Positions 26,977 to 32,000 of a stretch of DNA of 32,000 bases are shown piece after piece. Origin of the DNA: Candidatus Hadarchaeales archaeon. Lineage in GTDB: Archaea; Hadarchaeota; Hadarchaeia; Hadarchaeales; Hadarchaeaceae. The notes beneath the pieces are model-generated. The model searched no databases. It saw nothing but the letters and a program-made list of their open reading frames with translations, and was not told the DNA's origin. Position numbers and translations under genes: made by a program. The DNA lies in NCBI GenBank assembly GCA_038823825.1, contig JAWBCC010000002.1, forward strand, positions 60,001 to 92,000, read 5' to 3'. Positions within the stretch are counted from its first letter, which is position 1; the number at the start of each line of letters is the position of its first letter.

Positions 26977-27877
26977 CGAACAGCTTTTGGAGCACGTAGA
27001 AAGGAGCAGTTGGAATCCTCCATTCTGTCGCTTTTACGAAATCGGTTGTCGCATCGATTGGCAGGAATCTATTAACTTCATCTGGATTTAGGGGTAGGGA
27101 AACCAGCCCGGTGCTGGGGTTCAGGCTCATCGGCGCCAAAAGAAGGCCTCGCCTGATCCTCAGCTCGGAGAGGAGGCTTTCGCCCGATTCTCTGACGATT
27201 TTTACTTTTGATCCCTGCCAAACGATTTCTGCGTCCGGAAGGCGCTCGCGAAGATAGCCCACCACAGCCACCGTAAGCTTCTGGTGAAGCTCGTCGAGAG
27301 CGGACGGATTTCCCATCCAGATTTCCTGCGGAATTCCCTCAAGGGGAAGCACAAGATCAAAGCCGAGATTTCCATCGTATTTCAGCCAGAGGTCTACGCC
27401 AATTTCTTTGAAGCCCTCCAGAACATTTGTGGTTATCTCTTTGGCTTCAGATATACCTCCTTTGACGGCACGAACTGCCCAGACGAGATCTCTCCCGACA
27501 GGTTCCAGTCCGGGCGCGTCGTACCGCCAGTATGTGCCGTAGAAAGCAATCGCTCCCTGTTTTAGAAGAAAGTCCAGAGCTGTGCTGTCTATCTTCATGG
27601 GAATTCTCTGATCTCCCACAGTGATGTATCTCTGGATAGACTTCACTCTTCTGTTGTATACTGCTCCCTCTCGCACCAAGCCATCGGAAGGACTCATGTA
27701 GTTTGCGAGCGCCCTCCGAACGTCCGTCCGCAGGTAGTATCGCATGCGATTCCCGATTTTAAATTGTACGTCAGAAGCCCGGTTCTTTTTGGAGAGAGGG
27801 GTAGAGGAACATATTCCCACCATCCACACGAGTTTGAATCCGAACCGATTTTTATCTTCGGAACCAGACCCCTTCAT
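26945..27877 (-). CDS. PriS-like archaeo-eukaryotic primase homolog with substituted catalytic residues (predicted inactive)
   Basis: Collinear by eye with Pyrococcus PriS (residue numbers follow the 312-aa track ORF that starts at the GTG at 27883). AIAFYGTYWRYDAP matches APYAVYSSVALYEKP. LVWAVRAV (aa 133-140) matches LVFDIDAK. AKEI is shared. YDGNLGFDLVL (aa 169-179) matches YSGRGYHIRVL. ELRIRRGLLLAPMSLNPSTGL matches DLKRILRLPSTLHSKVGL. The ATG at 27877 is used here. The true start is uncertain; internal Mets exist at aa 21 and 47. Confidence 0.55.
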   Translation of the reverse strand: MKGSGSEDKNRFGFKLVWMVGICSSTPLSKKNRASDVQFKIGNRMRYYLRTDVRRALANYMSPSDGLVREGAVYNRRVKSIQRYITVGDQRIPMKIDSTALDFLLKQGAIAFYGTYWRYDAPGLEPVGRDLVWAVRAVKGGISEAKEITTNVLEGFKEIGVDLWLKYDGNLGFDLVLPLEGIPQEIWMGNPSALDELHQKLTVAVVGYLRERLPDAEIVWQGSKVKIVRESGESLLSELRIRRGLLLAPMSLNPSTGLVSLPLNPDEVNRFLPIDATTDFVKATEWRIPTAPFYVLQKLFVSKHAQAASF

Positions 27878-27888
27878 TTCCACTGGAG
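27868..27888 (-). promoter_or_regulatory. ORB-like origin recognition box A (full length)
   Basis: The minus strand reads CTCCAGTGGAAATGAAGGGGT, that is dyad core TCCAGTGGAAA + 4 nt + GGGGT. It overlaps the first codons of the PriS-like ORF. Confidence 0.65.
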
Positions 27889-27943
27889 ATTTATCCTATT
27901 TTTTGGCAAAGTATTTATGATAATAAAATATCATAACATTAGA
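27889..27943. other. AT-rich tract (candidate DNA unwinding element and/or divergent promoter)
   Basis: 55 bp containing 10 G/C (18% GC) against a roughly 50% background. It lies immediately inside ORB-A. Confidence 0.5.
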
Positions 27944-28297
27944 ATGAACGAATTCGATCTGGGCTGGATAATCGGCTTCATAGAGTGTGCGGGAAGCTTT
28001 ACAAAAAACACAATCATCATAGCGAAGAATGGAAAGAAATACATCTACGTGACACCACAATTTTTCCTAACGTTAAGTGACCCTTCCGCAGTGGAAACCG
28101 TTCAGAGACTTTTGAGGATGGGGAAAATAACCCTCGGCGGAAGGAGACTCGAAATAAGAAGGAAAGAAGAGCTTTTGAGGTTCGCGGAGCTCCTTTCTGG
28201 CCGGCTCAAAACAGACAGGCGGCAGAGAGAGTTTGAAAGCTGGGTCAGGCTTCTGCTCCAGTGGAAAGAGAGGGGTAGTAGGCATACATCAGAATAA
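27944..28297 (+). CDS. Small single-domain LAGLIDADG-like protein, catalytic Asp replaced
   Basis: 117 aa from the ATG at 27944: MNEFDLGWIIGFIECAGSF.... The IGFIECAGS motif aligns to LAGFVDGDGS. Downstream, FFLTLSDPSAVETVQRLLRMGKI and LEIRRKEELLRFAELL fit the LAGLIDADG fold pattern. The track's upstream extension to 27764 crosses the AT-rich tract and the PriS-like gene, so it was not used. Confidence 0.55.
   Translation: MNEFDLGWIIGFIECAGSFTKNTIIIAKNGKKYIYVTPQFFLTLSDPSAVETVQRLLRMGKITLGGRRLEIRRKEELLRFAELLSGRLKTDRRQREFESWVRLLLQWKERGSRHTSE
28084..28098 (+). promoter_or_regulatory. Mini-ORB-like half site
   Basis: TTCCGCAGTGGAAAC contains the CAGTGGAAA 9-mer shared with both ORB boxes and with the repeats upstream of mcm. 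It lies inside the LAGLIDADG-like ORF. Confidence 0.35.
28256..28276 (+). promoter_or_regulatory. ORB-like origin recognition box B (full length)
   Basis: The plus strand reads CTCCAGTGGAAAGAGAGGGGT. It is 18/21 identical to box A, in inverted orientation, 367 bp away, and 50 bp upstream of the tyrS GTG. Confidence 0.65.
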
Positions 28298-28325
28298 AAA
28301 TAAAAGACGAGGGAGAGTAAAACCT

Positions 28326-29288
28326 GTGGAGGAAAAACTCAGATTGGCGTTAAGGGGAACGCAGGAAGTAGTCACGGAGGGAGAGCTTCGTCAAGTTATC
28401 TCCAGAGGAAGATTCTCGGCATACTGCGGTTATGAGCCATCTGGAAAGATACACTTCGGGCATTGGTTGACCGTGAAGAAACTTCGAGATCTGCAAGAGA
28501 TTGGAGCCAGAGTGGTGGTTTTACTCGCGGACCTTCACGCATATCTCAACCACAAAGGAACGCTGGAGGAAGTGAGAAAAATCGCCGAGTATAACAGGGA
28601 ATGCTTTATCGCTCTCGGTTTGAATCCAAATAAAACAGAGTTCAAACTCGGGTCGGAGTTCCAACTCACGCCGGAATTCATGTTCGACGTTCTCAGAATG
28701 GCAACCGGCACGACTCTTTTGAGAGCGAGAAGGTCGATGACGGAAATAGCTAGAAAACTTGAAGATCCAGACGTTGCGCAAGTTCTCTATCCTCTCATGC
28801 AGGCGTTAGATATCGCGCATCTCAAAATAGATGTAGCGGTCGGAGGAATGGATCAGCGGAAGGTTCACATGATCGCCCGCGAAAAACTGCCGGATCTCGG
28901 ATATCAAAAACCAGTCTGCCTCCATACACCGCTTCTCCATGGGCTCGATGGCGCGGACAAAATGTCCTCAAGCAAACAAAACTTTGTGGCTGTTGATGAT
29001 CCACCGGATGAGATAAGGCGGAAAATACAGAAAGCATACTGCCCACCGAAGATCGTGGATGGAAATCCAGTGGTAGAATACGCCGAGCACATAGTTTTGG
29101 CAGAGCTCGGAAAACTTGAGATAGAGAGGCCGGAGAAATACGGGGGGAGACTCGTCATTCAAGATGTTTCAGAGTTACGCAAACTTTATTCTGGAGGAAA
29201 ATTACATCCGGCAGATCTGAAGTCGGCTGTCGCGGAAGCCGTTGTTGAGATTTTAGAGCCGGTCAGACGGCATTTTGGAATCTATTGA
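28326..29288 (+). CDS. tyrS: Tyrosyl-tRNA synthetase (archaeal type)
   Basis: YEPSGKIHFGH (HIGH) and KMSSS (KMSKS). The GTG at 28326 gives about 320 aa, with the same N-terminal spacing to the HIGH motif as M. jannaschii TyrRS, and GGGAGAG lies 8 nt upstream. The track's start at 28233 adds a low-complexity extension overlapping the previous gene. Confidence 0.9.
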   Translation: MEEKLRLALRGTQEVVTEGELRQVISRGRFSAYCGYEPSGKIHFGHWLTVKKLRDLQEIGARVVVLLADLHAYLNHKGTLEEVRKIAEYNRECFIALGLNPNKTEFKLGSEFQLTPEFMFDVLRMATGTTLLRARRSMTEIARKLEDPDVAQVLYPLMQALDIAHLKIDVAVGGMDQRKVHMIAREKLPDLGYQKPVCLHTPLLHGLDGADKMSSSKQNFVAVDDPPDEIRRKIQKAYCPPKIVDGNPVVEYAEHIVLAELGKLEIERPEKYGGRLVIQDVSELRKLYSGGKLHPADLKSAVAEAVVEILEPVRRHFGIY

Positions 29289-29344
29289 CCAAGGATAAAC
29301 TATAAAAACACCACAAGCCTGTTTTTGAAGAAAGAGGTGAGAAG

Positions 29345-29872
29345 TTGGCCGAAACGAACGCGGCACCGTTGGGCTTAATGGGGTTTGGTCTGACCACGGT
29401 TCTGCTCAACCTCCATAATGTGGGGCTTATTCCCCTCACGTCTATGATTTTGGGAATGGGAATTTTTTACGGTGGTCTGGCTCAGCTTATCGCCGGAGTG
29501 ATAGAGTCGAGAAAGGGAAACACGTTCGGAACTGTTGCCTTTTGCTCATATGGTCTTTTCTGGCTTTCGTTTGTGGCGTTGCTCATTCTGCCAAAAATGG
29601 GGCTGGCTGATGCGGCGAACTCGCATTCGATTGGAGCCTATCTGATTATGTGGGGGATTTTTACGCTCATAATGTCTGTCGGAAGTCTCAAAATGAGAAA
29701 AAGCGTTCAGGTGATTTTCTTTTCGCTAGCGATCTTGTTTTTCCTTTTGGCGGCGGCAGAGTTTGCTGGGAGCGAGATTTTGAAAAGGATTGCCGGAATT
29801 GAAGGCATTTTCTGCGGGCTGAGCGCGATCTATACCTCGGCAGGGGAAATTCTCAGCGAGGTTTATGGTTAA
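29345..29872 (+). CDS. satP: GPR1/FUN34/YaaH-family acetate/succinate channel
   Basis: 175 aa, six predicted TM segments, N-terminal [14 protein letters not shown] signature (NPAPLGL-type). TTG start with GAGGTGA 5 nt upstream. Confidence 0.8.
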   Translation: MAETNAAPLGLMGFGLTTVLLNLHNVGLIPLTSMILGMGIFYGGLAQLIAGVIESRKGNTFGTVAFCSYGLFWLSFVALLILPKMGLADAANSHSIGAYLIMWGIFTLIMSVGSLKMRKSVQVIFFSLAILFFLLAAAEFAGSEILKRIAGIEGIFCGLSAIYTSAGEILSEVYG

Positions 29873-29985
29873 AAACATTACCACAAGAAACGCAGGCTAA
29901 TTTAATCTTCTCAACTGGAATTATTTGGTGGCTGGTTATCGAAAATTGAGTTCTGGATTTTAAATAACCTTCATCAAACAATGTT

Positions 29986-30219
29986 GTGAGTATGTCGAAC
30001 GATCACGAAGAAATTCAACTTGATGAGGGAATAATTCTTCCATTCTTTATAAAGAAACTTGGAGAGGGAGCCCAGTGGGAGATTTTTCTTGTTCGAGGGA
30101 TTTTTACTTCAGAAAACGGAGATTTTTCTAAAAATGGATGGTTTTTAATAGAAGTTGGAGCAAACAGCAACAGACAGTACGCTACGATTATTGCGGAATT
30201 GGAAGATACTCTTTTATAG
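29986..30219 (+). CDS. Hypothetical protein (77 aa), first gene of the low-GC island
   Basis: ORF only; no motif recognised. The AT-rich codon usage matches the downstream RHH/methyltransferase genes. Confidence 0.35.
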   Translation: MSMSNDHEEIQLDEGIILPFFIKKLGEGAQWEIFLVRGIFTSENGDFSKNGWFLIEVGANSNRQYATIIAELEDTLL

Positions 30220-30246
30220 TAATTTGTAGTAAATTGTAGTGATGGT
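30217..30246 (+). promoter_or_regulatory. Three phased 10-bp direct repeats / small palindrome at the RHH gene start (candidate operator)
   Basis: TAGTAATTTG TAGTAAATTG TAGTGATGGT. It embeds the inverted repeat AATTT-N5-AAATT (30221-30235) and spans the upstream stop codon and the RHH ATG. Confidence 0.4.
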
Positions 30247-30397
30247 AAAATACACAATCGAAGTAGACGACAAGATTTGGAAAGAATTTAAAAAAATTAT
30301 TACCAAAGACAAAACAATCAATCAAGCAATAGTAGAGCTAATTGTGGAAAGGGTGAAAAAACACAATAAAGAGGTGTTTTCACATGACGGAGAATAA
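30242..30397 (+). CDS. Ribbon-helix-helix (CopG/Arc-like) DNA-binding protein, 51 aa
   Basis: Hand translation gives MVKYTIEVDDKIWKEFKKIITKDKTINQAIVELIVERVKKHNKEVFSHDGE. The pattern is beta-strand, helix, turn, helix. Not in the ORF track. It overlaps the methyltransferase start by 14 nt. Confidence 0.55.
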   Translation: MVKYTIEVDDKIWKEFKKIITKDKTINQAIVELIVERVKKHNKEVFSHDGE

Positions 30398-31295
30398 AAT
30401 CATTTTTGGCGACAGCAGATGCATGAAAGAGTTAGCGAATTGTTCAATTCATTTAGTGGTTACTTCGCCCCCTTATTTTAACGCACCTTTTGATTATCCT
30501 GGCCTGTTCAGAGATTATAATGAGTTTTTAGACATGATACAAGGTGTTGCGAAAGAGCTCAAAAGAGTCATGGCTCCTGGTAGAATAGCTTGCTTCGTTA
30601 CACAGGATGTTAGGATAGATGGAAAACTGTATCCGGTGCCAGCTGACATAACTCGAATAATGTGTGAAGAAGGATTCTTATATCGGGACAGAATTATTTG
30701 GAAGAAACCAGAAGGATACATTCGTATAAGTCGAAGAAGCGGGGTCCTGATTCAACATCCTTACCCGATGTATTTTTATCCCGACAATATTTATGAGGAA
30801 ATAATAATCCTTCAAAATGGAGAGTACGATTATTCAAAAGTGGAAAAAGAGAAATTGGTCGACTCTCGTATAAATCTTCAGGAATTTCAGAATGAAAAAT
30901 GGTATCTTTCTGTCTGGGAAATAACCAATGTTCTTCCCTTGAAAAATAGGTTAGAAGAAGGAATAGCTGCATTCCCAGAGGAAATTCCGTATCGTCTCAT
31001 AAAGCTTTTTAGTTTTAAGGGAGAAAAGGTTTTGGATCCGTTTTTGGGATCTGGAACCACGATGAAAGTGGCACTAGAATTGGGCAGAAAGGCTGTGGGT
31101 TATGAAATAGATTTGGAACTTCTCGATGTTATTAAGAAAAAACTACGGATAGGACAGAAAAGATTGGTTGACAGCGAGCCGGTTGAAATAATCATAAGAG
31201 AAGATGCAAAACATTTGAGGAAAAAATTACAGAACAAAGTTAAAAACCAGCGATCCGTAGCCGATGCTTTAGAGGCAAATTCTAAAGCTTATTAA
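30384..31295 (+). CDS. DNA methyltransferase, beta-class N4/N6 family (SPPY motif, likely m4C)
   Basis: 303 aa. Motif IV VVTSPPYF lies near the N-terminus and motif I VLDPFLGSGTT near the C-terminus, which is the beta-class order. GAGGTG lies 8 nt upstream of the ATG. Confidence 0.85.
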   Translation: MTENKIIFGDSRCMKELANCSIHLVVTSPPYFNAPFDYPGLFRDYNEFLDMIQGVAKELKRVMAPGRIACFVTQDVRIDGKLYPVPADITRIMCEEGFLYRDRIIWKKPEGYIRISRRSGVLIQHPYPMYFYPDNIYEEIIILQNGEYDYSKVEKEKLVDSRINLQEFQNEKWYLSVWEITNVLPLKNRLEEGIAAFPEEIPYRLIKLFSFKGEKVLDPFLGSGTTMKVALELGRKAVGYEIDLELLDVIKKKLRIGQKRLVDSEPVEIIIREDAKHLRKKLQNKVKNQRSVADALEANSKAY

Positions 31296-32000
31296 GGTAG
31301 GGTTTAGTGGTTTCAATAGCGCCGAGTACATCCTCTGCCCAAACGCTAATCATCTGGTGCTTGGTCGTGTGATCACAGAAGCACAGTTTACCTCTAGCTT
31401 TTCCTTCGATTGTTTCTTTAAGAATTCCCTTAATCCTGATTGGAGTTTCTGAGCATAACTTGAACATCAATTGTTTTTCTTTTCCTTCAATTCTTGCAAT
31501 TCCTATTTTCATACCAGCTTTTATAGAGGGGTGATACTCGATTCTTAGTCGAAGTTTTTCAACGATATTTGGTGCTAGTCCGTTTTCTATAGCTTTATTT
31601 CTAAGATATATGGCGGAAAGATCAAAGCAACCAAGACATAAACTATATCCCACAACAGGAATACCCAAGCTTTTCCCCTTTATTGGTGAGGCATAATACG
31701 TTCTTTCTTTACCTCCTTGTTGATTTTCAGAAACTGGATAAAACTGTCTCTTCTCTTGGCAAATGCTCGTCAGTGCTTCAACGATTTTATTTAGTTCTTC
31801 GATGTTTATGTAAAACATGGCCCAGTTTCTCCATTTGGCAGGATCCATCACACGAATCGAGGTCCTCTCGAGATGATATCTCTGGATATCAAAGTAGAAA
31901 AAAATTCTTTTTTCCTCGTCAGCTCCAATCCTAACATAAACTTCTTCTTTCGGTAAACAGTACGCTTTTGCTCCTTTTTTGTCTTTATGAATTGCAGGTT
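31282..32000 (-). CDS. Hypothetical protein, 5'-truncated by the window edge; candidate cognate restriction endonuclease
   Basis: The track's 189-aa ORF (GTG start at 31851) stays open in frame up to position 32000 (...PAIHKDKKGAKAYCLPKEEVYVRIGADEEKRIFFYFDIQRYHLERTSIRVMDPAKW...). It is convergent with the methyltransferase with a 14-nt overlap. No nuclease motif was confidently recognised. Confidence 0.4.
   Translation of the reverse strand, partial: PAIHKDKKGAKAYCLPKEEVYVRIGADEEKRIFFYFDIQRYHLERTSIRVMDPAKWRNWAMFYINIEELNKIVEALTSICQEKRQFYPVSENQQGGKERTYYASPIKGKSLGIPVVGYSLCLGCFDLSAIYLRNKAIENGLAPNIVEKLRLRIEYHPSIKAGMKIGIARIEGKEKQLMFKLCSETPIRIKGILKETIEGKARGKLCFCDHTTKHQMISVWAEDVLGAIETTKPYLNKL

Noticed and set aside
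29303-29895. Short direct repeat flanking satP: AAAAACACCACAAG at about 29306 and AAAAACATTACCACAAG at about 29873
   Set aside because: It has only about 8+7 matching bases with an indel. The satP GC content matches the core genome, and there is no integrase or other mobility signal. Probably coincidental or terminator/promoter-like A-rich sequence.
1-32000. CRISPR arrays, rRNA genes, transposases/IS elements, inteins in mcm or PolD
   Set aside because: No regularly spaced repeats were seen beyond the short arrays reported. No rRNA-like sequence and no DDE or serine/tyrosine recombinase motifs were seen. MCM (670 aa) and DP2 (about 1134 aa) are of intein-free length with contiguous motifs.

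Overview
Archaeal chromosomal window (euryarchaeote-like; the replication proteins resemble Thermococcus/Pyrococcus types). GC is roughly 48-50% by eye. The window is almost fully coding, mostly on the minus strand, with many 4-nt start/stop overlaps. Left third: an Lrp/AsnC fragment, gltX, and the conserved archaeal string eno - rps2 - Memo-like - ipk - fni - RNase J - idsA. Then come a secreted membrane-anchored protein and tRNA-Pro. Centre: a replication island. It holds a divergent Orc1/Cdc6 paralog, archaemetzincin, tRNA-Ser, and a tightly packed mcm - gins23-like - orc1/cdc6 - PolD small - HAD phosphatase - PolD large operon. Right third: a glyA - thrC - hom - ACT operon, an SplB-like radical SAM gene, a PriS-like protein, a small LAGLIDADG-like ORF, tyrS and satP. 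The window ends in a low-GC island carrying an RHH gene, an SPPY DNA methyltransferase and a convergent ORF that runs off the window. Most interesting signals: (1) two 21-bp full-length origin-recognition-box (ORB)-like elements in inverted orientation at 27868-27888 and 28256-28276. They bracket an 18%-GC tract and a whole small gene. (2) Next to them, a primase small-subunit homolog whose catalytic motif residues are all substituted. (3) A LAGLIDADG-like protein lacking the catalytic Asp, encoded between the two boxes. (4) Three phased CAGTGGAA half-ORB repeats plus an AT-rich inverted repeat upstream of the mcm operon. (5) A HAD phosphatase translationally coupled between the two PolD subunits. 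No CRISPR array, rRNA or clear transposase was seen. All homology calls come from motif recognition by eye, not from searches.
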